Notes: a model not told the origin generated them from the letters alone. 61,883 nt of DNA, filler included, from 5 parts of 5 records of this genome joined end to end with filler, not necessarily neighbours in it, one strand, 5' to 3'; shown: positions 51,151 through 61,883, numbered from the whole stretch's first letter. Numbers and translations are program-made.

Positions 51151-53668
51151 CAGGTAGCGACCAAACCTGAGCCTGAGGTCGAGCTTGAAGCTGAGCCAAA
51201 CACCGTTTTAGAATCGGAATCCACGCCGGTTACAGAATCCATAGCACATGCGCAGCAAGAACCTGAACTCAAACAGCAGCCGGAATTTACAGCAGATATA
51301 CATTCCGAATCGAGAATGGATCAAGAAGCAACAACGTATGCTGCCCAGGAGGGATATGGGCATCAGCAATGGAGTGCAGACGGCGTTGCCGAGGATGCGT
51401 ATGGTTGGGGAGACGAGGTTTACAGTGGGGAATATGAGTATTCGGCCGCTTGTGAATGGTGCCAGGATGTCGGTGACTTCAGTGCAATCTGCTATGCCTG
51501 CACCTACGGTCATTTAGAGTGCTTGAAGGCGCTGCTGGAACAGGGATACGATCCAGAAGTCGCAGATTCTCACGGGCGATCTCCAATGCACCTTGCGGCT
51601 TCTTATGGCCATGTCGCATGCGTCCAGGAGCTGGAGGAATTTGGTGCTAATCCTCTCGTACGTTTTGAAGCGTGATTTGAGATTCCGTTGTTGCAATTGG
51701 AGCTTGTTGGTCTTGTGTGTAGTGTTGCTGGCCTGAATTGTGGATGGTGATTTCCCAGGCTGTCGATTTCGACGGGCGAACGCCGTTGTTCTACGCATGC
51801 ACCACACACGAGTTCAACACAATTGCAGAGCTTGTGACTTTTGCCCCTGAATTGCTGGACATGGCCGATTCAAATGGGGATACACCATTGCATGTGTGCT
51901 GTGCAAACAACTTCATCGATTGCGCCAAGCTTTTACTGCAAACAGAAGCGGACCCTGACATCCCAAACTGCGACGGGCACACTCCCGCAAGCATTTGTAC
52001 CACTGCAGAAGGTTTAGAAGCATTGTTCGACAACGGTGCCAATCTTTTCTGCACGGACGCAAAGCAAAGATCACTCATGTTCAATGCGGCGGCCAACGGT
52101 GACATTGGTCGTGTTGCATTTCTCTTGGAGGTAGATGTTGAACAAATTATGCTGGATGCTGCAGATCTTCGTGGTGACTCTCCGCTTCACGCAGCATGTT
52201 GCAATGGTCGCCCCGAAGTCGTGGAGCTGTTGCTGTCATATGCTGCCCGTCCAGACATGAAAAACCAGGCATGTTTCACTAATTTGATTCTACTTGTTGA
52301 CAGCATTTGCCATGGGGCTAGTTCTGACCACTGACAACCGGGCATGGGTATGCTTTGCTGCACGTAGGCTGGGTACACCCCTTTGGACCTGGCAAAGCTC
52401 TGCAATAAAGCCAGATGCCAAGAAATTATGGAGGAGTATCTTGGCTTTTATAATCCCGTCACCACCGAGGCAGAAACTGCAAATGGATCTTGGGACCTCG
52501 CCACCGCGGCAACAGTTGCGAAAAATGTTGCTGCGGCCACGGGAAAATGGTCGCGAGTCCTCGACGAAGAGTCAGGGTTCGTTCCATGCCCGCTGTTGGA
52601 AGTACCAGCACACCCCAGTGCTACCTCCAGAATTGAGGTAGAATGCTGTGATGCGAGAAACGTGTATCGCTCGCTACCGTACTAAATTGGAAACTTGTCT
52701 TGGGGCTTGTGCATGTGCAGTTATTTTTATTGGGTCAACAGTGAGACTGGTGATTCTGAGTGGGAGCATGACGCTGATGGCAACTTAGTTTCGCAAGAAA
52801 GTGAACTTGCGGCAGCGCGGGCAGCAGCAGCGGAGGCGGACGCTGCAGCTGAGGCGGAAGAAGCAGCGGAAGCTGAGCGACAGCGCATTGAAGAGCAGAA
52901 CCGGCTTGATGCAATTGCCGAGGAAGAGTACGACCGTCAGCAACGTAAGCTCAGAGAACAGCAAAAACGTGAGAAGAAGGAGAGGAATCGGACGTTCCCA
53001 CGCAAAATGGTGAAAGACTACGAACTTCTTGCACGCCAATGGGTTGAATCATCCGCTTACCACATCGTCGAACACACGAAAGCAGTTCGAGGTGAAGATG
53101 ACGATGCCGCTTCCGAGCGCAACATCATGAAGGCACCGCGACAAAGCGGGAACCTCGTATGCAACATTTGCCGCAAAAATCTGGTCAAATGGGTTTTTTT
53201 GCCATGCCACCACGCTTGTTTGTGCAATGAGTGCACAAAAATGCTGAACATCACAGTGAAAGCAGAGGCAGAGGCAGTAGCTGGGCCAGTTGCAAACAAG
53301 GCGGGAATGGTGAGTTTGTTTCGTTTCTCGACGCTTGTCATGCGTTGCGTCACCGACCCATGGACAAGTTTTTGAGCGTCTTGGCGCGCGATTGACATTT
53401 TGCCGTGAATTGTGCTGACTAGGCATTTCGTGATCACAACGATAAACAAGGTGGTGATGGGGCAGGGGTCGAATCGAATTTGCAAGGTGGAGGGCGACGA
53501 AGTTCAAGTTCTAAGATGTACAGCAAGTGTCCACTTTGCCTGCACTCGATCTCAAAAATGGTGCCATTGAAAGGATTTGTTGCCGACGATTGGCTGAACG
53601 CAAGCAAACCTCCCGAATTACCAAAATCGTTTTCGTTCGCATTCAATCAAGTGGCCCAGTTTCTTTGA
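51104..53668 (+). CDS. 5'-truncated ankyrin-repeat / WW / coiled-coil / RING-HC protein (putative E3 ligase)
   Basis: Exons <51104-51657, 51759-52268, 52368-52576, 52721-53309, 53423-53668. Ankyrin motifs GRSPMHLAASYGHVACV, GRTPLFYAC, GDTPLHVCC, GDSPLHAACCNGRPEVVELLL. WW motif W-SRVLDEESG|YFYWVNSETGDSEW spans an intron. RING CNIC-x11-CHHACLCNEC...CPLC. Frame is open from the contig start through (PE)n. Confidence 0.85.
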
Positions 53669-53717
53669 GCCACAATGTGAAGTAAAACCAAGATAACGAA
53701 GTAAAAAGCTGGCAGGA

Positions 53718-55612
53718 TTAATTTGTGTCTATTTCAAAGTTCGTTTCATGTGACGACGGCCTCCCACGTTTAGCGGCAACTCTAGCGACGTTGGAAAGCT
53801 GTCTCTTGGAATTGGTGAGTGGGAGTAGAATTGGAGACAGTTCAGCTTTCTGTCGACGCGAATACACGGCATTGTATGGTTAACACGACTGCACAGATCC
53901 GAATTTGAAAACAGGGCAGCGCAGAGCATTACCGAGCCCGAAACCAACGACCGGTACTCACCGTGTAGTCTTCCTCATCTCCATCGTCGTACTGGACATG
54001 ATAGTACTTATTCCGACCAGCTCGCCACACCGTGACCTTCAAACGGCAGCAAACGTGATAAGCGACATACATGACCAATGGCCCGCAAAACGCACTGAAG
54101 GAAAGAAACAGACAACAAAAAGTGCCGACGGACCACTGTGCCTTCAAAATCACCAAAGCCAGGGAAATGTTTGCTCACCCTGCGACGCAGGAGAATGTCC
54201 TCTTTGCCACTGGTTGATTTTGAAGCTGAGGCGACCTTTTTTGCACGGCGTCTTTTCCGAGCGGACGATGACATTGGCGAGGTGGGTGCCGACTGTGCAC
54301 GAGCAGCATCGTCTCGTGCCCTGATCATTTTTGCAGGTGAAGCTTTGGACCGCGGTCGGGATGAGGCACTGCGTGGAGGGTGAATTTGGTGCTGCGTTGT
54401 GGCCTCTAACTCTGTGCGCACAGTTTCCGCCTCTTTCTCAGATGGCGGCGTGACAGTTGTCGGTTGTTGGGTTCCAGTGGGATTGGTGACGACGGCGTGG
54501 ATAAGTTCGATTGCTTTTTCTGCGGGTGAGGGGTGAGAATGGCTCGCAGGTGTTTTGTGGAGCGCAACCGGCTTCGCTGCAGGTTTCTGTGGCTCACCAT
54601 CGCGTTCTGCCCGCTTGAAGTACACCGGCAACATTGCAGCGGCAAAAACAAGCATCACGCCACCCAGTTGCTGCTCCGACGGTTGCTTTTCGACCAGCAC
54701 CATGGCCATAATCGAGACAAATCCAGCGCGCAAAGTGTTAAAAAGACTGTACACGACGGGCGATGTGCGGACCAAGAAAGCCTCTCCTGCAACGTCCATG
54801 CCATAGAGAGCAACAATGGCTAGTCCAACACCTCGGATTGGGAACGGCGGTGCTTCGGTGACCCCGTCGTGGCTGATGAATGTGTTCCAAATGTCAAATC
54901 CTTCAAAGTACGCGGCTGGCAACGCAAGCACTGCAGCGGCAGCGAACCGTGAGTAGGCGTATAGACTCTGTTTGTCAATGTCTCGCGACTTGAGCAATGT
55001 GGATCCGAAAATGGCTTTTATACTCCCGCAGAAGCCTGCAAGCACGCTGTAAAAAGTGCACAAGACAAGATCACTGCCCATCCACGTGCGCTCGCTGTGT
55101 GCAGTCTCATTGGGTGTCCCTTCAACAGCTGCGACGATTGCCGCGGAGTTGGCAATGGCGGTTCCAGCCAGGACGAGCCCCACACTCAACATTGACAGGG
55201 ACGAAACAAGCTCAATCGCAAGCACATGCGACACAACGGTGGTAAGCAGAATGCTGGCCATGGTTTTTGTTGGCAGCACGACGGAAATATCACCATGCTG
55301 CAAGGACAGGCGGTGGAAGATGTAAGTGCCAGCGATAAAAGCGCTGTAAGGCAGCATTTCCCGAAGTAAAGGAGCCCGCGTTCGAGCTGCTTGTTTCACG
55401 TTGGATGCTGCCGCCGACGCGAGTGGAGTGGGGATGCCTTGGACAAAGATGCTGAGCAGGCATAAGGTGAACGGGAAGTCGAACCGCTCTGACTCTGTGT
55501 CCTGAGCCGGTGTGCTATTCAGCAGTTTCTTCGTCTCAACATTGTTCAGCACGCTGAAGGCGTACCACCCAACAAGCGCCACAACGAGCACAGTTGTCGT
55601 CGACCGAGACAT
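53718..55612 (-). CDS. TPT/nucleotide-sugar-transporter (DMT superfamily) protein with C-terminal Tudor-like domain, ~561 aa
   Basis: Exons 55612-54134, 54036-53962, 53849-53718 (both introns phase 0, GT-AG). About 9-10 hydrophobic segments with TPT-like motifs WYAFSVLNNVETKKLL, FDFPFTL, SLQHGDIS, AYFEG, RTSPVVYSLFNTLR, QQLGGVMLV. Tail LLRRRVSKHFPGFGDFEGTV|VTVW...YYHVQYDDGDEEDYT|KAELSPIL. Confidence 0.83.
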
Positions 55613-56432
55613 GGTCGCCAGCACGAAAGCTTGGTTTTTGAAGGGGTTTCTTTCCCGCACGCGTTCAATAAGTCACTGGTCTCCCAGAAGATGAATGACA
55701 CACGAGAAACAGCAAAAAGAAAAAAGAATAAAAGAAACGAAAAGAAACGAACTCTATCCTTCGCTCTCTCACGCAAGCTGTTGAGTTTTTGAGGTTGTGA
55801 TTTTTGCGAGCGAGTCGGTGAGTTTGCACAGAGTTTGCGGTTGAGTCTGTTAGGTTGCGAGGAGTTTGCGAAGTGAGGAGTGAGGGGGAGGGAGTGAAGT
55901 GAACGCACAGAGCGAGGACCAGACTCCGCGCGCCACCCCACCAACTCTCGCACTCTTCACGCACTCACACCCACCCACCCGCCACCCACTCCCCGCTCAC
56001 TCACGTAGTCACCCACTCACATCACTCACTCCACTCACTTTGACTACTCATCACCAGAGGTGATGCTCCACTCACGCACCACAGACACTGTCTCACTTGA
56101 CCACTCTTTCTCACTCCCTCTGACCACTCACTCACTTACTTACTACTTACTTTACAAGTTCGTGTGAAGAATCTCCTCTTTGCAAAACCACAATTGACAA
56201 TTAATTCACAAGGGTTTTGAACCAGGCAAAAGCCTCCGCTTTTTAGGAGCGCGTTTCAGTGGATGGGGGGGGGGGGTGTGGCAACAGGTTCCAATATTGT
56301 AGTGGAACAAACTGAACGGACAGCATCAACGGCTGCGTGGAGAGCAGTACATGACATAATACAGTAGCGACAAAAGAGTGACAAAGTTGGCAACGACTCA
56401 GTCGTTGTTGGTCTCATGCTGCTGCTGTGTGG

Positions 56433-56479
56433 GAGTGAGTGAGTGGGTGGAAGTGGGTGAGTGAGTGAGTGAGTGAGTG
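56433..56479. repeat. (GAGT)n tetranucleotide repeat at contig end
   Basis: Read directly; interrupted GAGT/GGGT run abutting the spacer. Confidence 0.85.
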
Positions 56480-56579
56480 NNNNNNNNNNNNNNNNNNNNN
56501 NNNNNNNNNNNNNNNNNNNNNNNTTAATTAATTAANNNNNNNNNNNNNNNNNNNNNNNNNNNNNNNNNNNNNNNNNNNN
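56480..56579. other. Artificial contig-joining spacer
   Basis: 44N-TTAATTAATTAA-44N. Confidence 0.97.
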
Positions 56580-56910
56580 AGATTTAAATGCGTTGAATCA
56601 ATCCCAAATCTATTCCGCTCTTTGGCGCAGGTGGCAAGTGGCTCGTAAAAGTTCTCGTGTCGGAATCGACGTCTTTTTAAAACGCATGTGATTGGGCTGA
56701 ATTAGATGCTCTGGTCATCGTCGCCCCTTTCAAAGTTTTTACTTGCTCCTCATATTTATTTTGGAAGATTGGCGGGTTTTCTTGCGCAATTTGAAGTTGT
56801 TTTTTGTACTTTTGATTTTTTTGGCGAATTTCCTCGCTGCTCTGGGCAACTTTGCAGGGAGTGAAACCGAAATTTCTGATTCTGGCCCAAGCTGCACTGT
56901 GGAACATTTC

Positions 56911-59092
56911 ATGAAAATGAGGATCATTGTCAACTTGCTTGTAGTGCCAGTATTCGCGTTGTTGGTCGGATTTTCGGCATATGGCTCTAGCGCATTTGTT
57001 GTGAGTTCCACTCAATTCCCGTCGCAGGGTTTGTCGGTTGGCCTGTGGCCACTCCCCGCCACCGTCAAGGAAGGAACTGAGGACCCGATATTTGTCGATG
57101 CAGCTTCTTTTCGCTTTCAGTTGACGCCAGAATCTGAACTGACCCCGACGCTTTCCACTGTGATGGATCGATACGTTCGTTTGATTTTCATCCACGGTAC
57201 CAATACAAGCGTGCCTCTGGAGTGGCAACGAACGAGCAGTGTCCTGTCCTCGTGCACGTTGCGTGTGGCAAGCGCCAACACTACAGTTTGGGTCGGAATG
57301 GACGAAAGCTACACTTTGACGGTGTCAGCAACGAATGGATGTCACATTGAAGCTGTCACGTTTGTTGGAGCAATGTATGGCATGGAAACCCTTTCGCAAT
57401 TGGTGTTGTCCGATGCTGGCGCATTGACGAACAGCCAAGTGACGTATTTCATCCCGAACTCGCCCTGGGAAATCCAGGATGCTCCGCGCTTCCAATGGCG
57501 AGGACTCATGGTGGATACCGCTCGACACTTTCTGCCTGTAAACGCACTGTTGAGACAGCTTGATGGCATGGCTTTCAGCAAAATGAATGTTTTCCATTGG
57601 CACTTGTCTGACGCACAAAGCTTTCCGTTTGCCAGTGAAGTGCACCCGAATATTACCGTTGGGGCGTTCTCCGCCCGGGCTGTTTACCTTCCGACTGATA
57701 TCGCTGCTGTTGTGGAATACGCACGTCTCCGAGGAATCAACGTCGTAGTTGAGACAGACATGCCAGGGCACAGCTACGCAATGACCATGGCGTAAGTTCC
57801 ACAGTTTGTGGGAGCTCGTAATGTGGGTATCCACTGTTCGTTCTACTCAGAGTTGTGTTCCCAATTGTTTGCCTTGATAACCACAGGTATCCCCACTTCG
57901 GAGTGACTTGCCCTTTAATGGAACCTCTCGACACTGAATTTTGGCGAGGAGGACTCAATCCTGCCAATGAGGACGTATATGAATTCGTATTCTCTCTTCT
58001 TAATGAGTTGATTACACTTGTCCCAGGCCAATTTTTTCACCTCGGTGGGGATGAGATTCAGGCTGATTGCTGGCAAGGCGACGCGCGTATTGCCGAGTTC
58101 TTAAAGACGCACAATATGACGGTTACTGAGCTTTACCAACTTTTCTTAGGACGCACCATGAACGAAACGATTCGCCTCGGGCGTCGGCCAGTGACTTGGG
58201 ACTCCCTTTGGCTTTCGAATGCCACAATGCCAGAGAGTGCTGTCGTTCATGTGTGCGTGAGCAGGCTTGGATTGGATTTGCTTGATTCAAGAATCGGTTG
58301 TGTGCCGGTGAGCCGAAGATTTCGATCTGACTTTGCTGAGTGTCCCTCTTGCAGATATCCACATACTCACAACAATAACACCGTTGAGCAAGTTGTGAAA
58401 GATGGGCTTGATGCAGTAGTTTCCATATTTAACGGGGACTATCTTGCCCACCAGTACGTGCCTCGCTACCCCTTCTGCTAAAAGATGTTTGCTGAGCCCA
58501 CGGAATGGGAACCAAAACGGCTTGTTGTAGCGATCTAACACCAATGCTAAATGTGCCGTCCTAGGTATGGATGGGACTCGCTGTTTGTGGCTGAAATCAT
58601 GCCACCCAATCTCACCCCGTTGGAGGAGGAACACGTTCTCGGGGCTGAAGCATGCATGTGGGGCGAGACGATGGATGACTCAGCTATTGACACCCTGGTG
58701 TGGCCCGACACCGCTGCCGTTGCCGAGCGCTGCTGGAGTCGGCCTGGAAGTGTTGTGCCTCCGGGATCCACAGTTCCCGATGCCTACAATGTCTCACAAG
58801 CGTCGAATAGGATTGTTCCCCACCGTTGTCGGCTGTATCAGCGAGGCATTCGCTCCAAAGCAGTGGATGCGCGCGATACGTTCGGAAGGCGACGGTTGCA
58901 GGTAGGTGCTCAAGTGAAGGCTGCCGCGCTTCGATTTGAAAACGTTTTCTGCCGCTTTACATGTTGCTCGCCATGTGTGTTTGTGTGTGTTGCGTTTTGC
59001 TTCAACAGCTTCAGTGCGAAACCCTTTTACCGCGCGGGCCCATGGCTGTGTCTCTTGCGCCACTTTCAGCAACGTTCCCCGGAAACAATTGA
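56911..59092 (+). CDS. Beta-N-acetylhexosaminidase, glycoside hydrolase family 20 (secreted/lysosomal)
   Basis: Exons 56911-57791, 57887-58252, 58355-58453, 58565-58901, 59009-59092. Signal peptide, then LWPLP, DESYTL, IQDAPRFQWRGLMVDTARHF, KMNVFHWHLSDAQSFP, ETDMPGHS, catalytic FHLGGDE, LGAEACMWGE, WPDTAAVAERCWS, HRCRLYQRGI. Confidence 0.93.
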
Positions 59093-59251
59093 CGCGATAC
59101 CGGACTTGGTGCAATAAACAAGAAAAACGTAGCTCGTGGATCAAACTGAACTTATGTGTCTTTTATGGAAAGAGTACAACGACATGTAAATTCGAAGGTT
59201 ACACGAATTACTTCGTGAATTACATGTACAATAAAAAATCCACTGCCGAAA

Positions 59252-61347
59252 TCAGCAATTCCACCAGTCGCACTTGGTTGTAAAACACGTCGAACAGTCA
59301 CAGTCAGGGTACCTGGCATGTGGATAAAAAAAGCAAATTCAGCACGAAATTTGAGGGGATGTGAAATTCCCCGCACAACAGGGGACCTGCTTTCGTCAAA
59401 CGAAAGCCATGCGAGACCGCCCGCACGCACATTTTGTCAAACTCGGTTTCAGACATGGTGGACGTGAAAAGCGCCCCACACGTTGACTCGCCGCATGCCG
59501 TTTTGGCGCATGTTGCCTGCAACAAACAAACACATTCAATGCAGTTGGTTCAGTGACTTGAGCACGGTGATGGTGAATGACGAAACACAATCACGCACTC
59601 AGTGTCACACATTTGGAATAGCTCTGTGTGAAGCGCCACCTACCGAAATACCACTCGATGGAGTAGTCGTGCGTAGGTGGCGGGTTGTTGTTTCTGTTGT
59701 GGCTTCCGCTGCGGCCGCAGCTTCAGCTGCGCACTGTGCTGCGATGGACCCAGCCCCAACTGCAGCTTCCACATTGCCATACATGTCGAAGATTGCAGTA
59801 ATACCTGTTGACGCTGTTGGAGCATAACTGTCAGATACGCCAGAACCAGCGCTTGTGCAAGAACCTATAATACAACACGCCAGTGATTCAGGTTTATGCA
59901 AACTTAACTTGGCCAAGAGCATGACTATAAACTTTCGTTTCCACACAAACCGTCTGCTAAAGTCTCTGCCGTGCAACCAACGTAGCATCTGTTTTTATGA
60001 TGAAAAGATAGGTGGAAAACGATTGACTTCTGCAAATGAAATGTACAACAATACTCTCGAATAGCAAGCGCGTCTTGCTACTACTGAAAATATTGGGGAA
60101 AGCTTACTTGATAGAGTACGGGTAGTCCTCGGCACTCGGCATTGGTGAGGATGGTAACGTGGCTAGGTCCGAGGTTTCACCACTAAAGTAGTACCTATGT
60201 AAATTATATAAAATCGCCAAATACCAACAATGCCAAGCGCAAAGCTCAACCAGTCGAAGAGTGCACATACCGCAGCCAGCCCAGCACTGAAAAATCGGCC
60301 GAACGCACCGATACAAGAAGTCGTCCAAGCCCTCAAGCTGCTCTGTACGACCTCCACATCCGTCGAGGCACAGACTACTATCCGGTGAAGTTTGGCAGAA
60401 GTCAGACGAGGCAGAACGCATGAGTTCGCCATCTGCTCCAATAGGACCATATATTGGGAACCTGTGTGACAAACGACATGTTTCGGACTTGTTCAACCCA
60501 ACCGCACGCTTCTCGTCATCGGAGCGAATGCTAGCCGGCGTGTGCCATTCAAGGAACCAACCCTGGTCGACAAGGCACGCTTACCCATCGTAACTCCATC
60601 CGATTTGTGGGGAATGACCTTCGATGCTGGCTGGTTGGTCTTTCGCTGCTTGGGCAATCAAGCAGGACGGTGGGAAGTGGTAGTGGTACATCCCTTGCTG
60701 CTGTGAGTGACCAGAGCACATGTCGAACGAAGTCCACTCGCTTGTGTCGTCGTTCGGGTCAAGCTACAGCACACGAACACACAAAAGCACGAAGCCCAAG
60801 AGCAGATGATATTGCAGGAGGGCTCATAACAAGGTATTGTACATTGAGTGCAGCAGCTGCAACACACCATGTTGCAGTCCGAGTCAACAGCACCACCGAA
60901 AATTCCAACACCATTCAAAGCAACGGCAATCGCGCCCAATTCACATTCAATATCGGTTGTCGAAGTTGCAAACACCGGCAGTGCTGGAATGGAAATCGTG
61001 GTTGAACCGTCACCATTCGCAGAGTTCATTACAGCTTCAGTCGCAGTGCCCTCCACTCCAACCCCTCCGCACCCAGTCAAGCCCTGCTTCCCTGTGCACA
61101 CGGAGTAGTGGTTGGGGCACCCATTGGTCGTGATCTGGCGGACAGCGAACCCGTAGTCCGCGTCCAACACCACCTTTTCGGAATATGATGCGCTGGAACC
61201 GCACTGATCGCAAGCAGCACCACCTCCACCGCTGCCGCTGCCTCCACCAGTCGGTGGCCCGCCATTTCCTCCGCCAGGGGGTGGGAACTGGGACTCAACT
61301 ACTTGCAGCCCCACCAGCGCGGCGAGTGCTCCGCAGAAAAAATTCAT
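59252..61347 (-). CDS. Secreted YHYH-domain protein with Cys-rich C-terminus, ~434 aa, 8 exons
   Basis: Exons 61347-60868, 60763-60585, 60461-60309, 60194-60108, 59988-59951, 59864-59644, 59516-59431, 59312-59252 (1,305 nt, in frame). Motifs ITTNGCPNH, GAIAVALNGVGIF, FDMCSGH..QGMYHYH, HSPQIGWSYDG|FPIYGP, LDGCGG, YR|YY, YPYSIKCY. The last two exons are less certain; the alternative is a stop at 59605. Confidence 0.85.
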
Positions 61348-61755
61348 CTTCCCCACACAACAAAGTATTTCTCGTCCGTCCCTGGGCGAAAAGTCACTCC
61401 AAACAGAAACAAAAGCACGAAACTTGAAGGAGGAAAACAACTTTGCACTTAACAATGAGGTGGACTGCAACGCCGTTATTTGCACACGCTGTTTTTGTTA
61501 GTTAAAAGCTGATAACTGCACCACCAAAAAAGTTCTCCGTGCCCAAATGCACGTTGCAGCCGTATTTATTTGCTCAGTCTGGATCTGTACCTCTGGACAA
61601 GCAAACAAATGAGTCTCGTCTTCGGTCTGTGTCGTGTGTGTTGTTTCATGACCAGAACGTGTGCATCTGGGCTCTCATCTTGCTTTTAGAGAGAAGGCGT
61701 GTGTGCTGGCAGCTGCTGAGACTGGCTACACCTCATCACTGTCATCACCTCACAG

Positions 61756-61792
61756 GACATCAAGTGGACATCAAGTGGCGCGACATCAAGTG
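61756..61792. repeat. 11-bp motif GACATCAAGTG x3
   Basis: Copies at 61756, 61767 and 61782, ~410 bp upstream of the YHYH start codon. Confidence 0.8.
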
Positions 61793-61883
61793 CCTTCACA
61801 TCACAATGGCAACAACCAGAGGGAGAGCGAAAATTAAATCTCGTCGTGGGGGAGGGGGGGGGGAGCATTTATTTATTTGCGGA

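Noticed and set aside
56743-56910. N-terminal extension of GH20 from TTG, and other GTG/TTG starts in the ORF track (297, 24667, 50740, 55660, 61485)
   Set aside because: These are prokaryotic-style start calls. Downstream ATGs give proper signal peptides or start contexts.
342-61347. A multi-gene cluster (helicase + DUB + E3 + giant protein) as a linked defence locus
   Set aside because: The genes lie on different contigs joined artificially, so adjacency is uninformative.
1-61883. tRNA, rRNA or autonomous transposon
   Set aside because: None recognised by eye. tRNAscan-SE, Infernal and a repeat-library search would be needed to exclude them.

Overview
Eukaryotic (protist-like, possibly stramenopile; taxon not determinable) genomic DNA. 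It is not one locus: five contigs (1-7858, 7959-24926, 25027-51003, 51104-56479, 56580-61883) are joined by identical artificial 100-nt spacers (44N-TTAATTAATTAA-44N), and most contig ends fall in microsatellites. Manual splicing (mostly ~80-145-nt GT-AG introns, one likely GC-AG) gives nine genes: (1) a MOV10/SDE3-type SF1 RNA helicase; (2) a 7-exon N-myristoylated PH-domain protein that the ORF track does not reveal; (3) a C-terminal R2R3-Myb factor; (4) a ~4,580-aa USP34/24/9X-type deubiquitinase with N-terminal Tudor-like modules; (5) a ~8,460-aa type-I membrane protein; (6) an ankyrin-WW-RING E3-like protein; (7) a TPT/nucleotide-sugar-transporter-family protein fused to a basic linker and a Tudor-like domain; (8) a GH20 beta-hexosaminidase; (9) a secreted YHYH-domain protein. 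The best candidate for an undescribed system is gene 5. It appears to carry a vitellogenin/apoB/MTP-like large lipid-transfer (LLT) head, split by a ~1,900-aa insert, on a stalk of >20 FN3/Ig-like repeats. The transporter-Tudor fusion (lamin-B-receptor-like logic) is the next best. All domain calls are by-eye motif recognition, not database hits.
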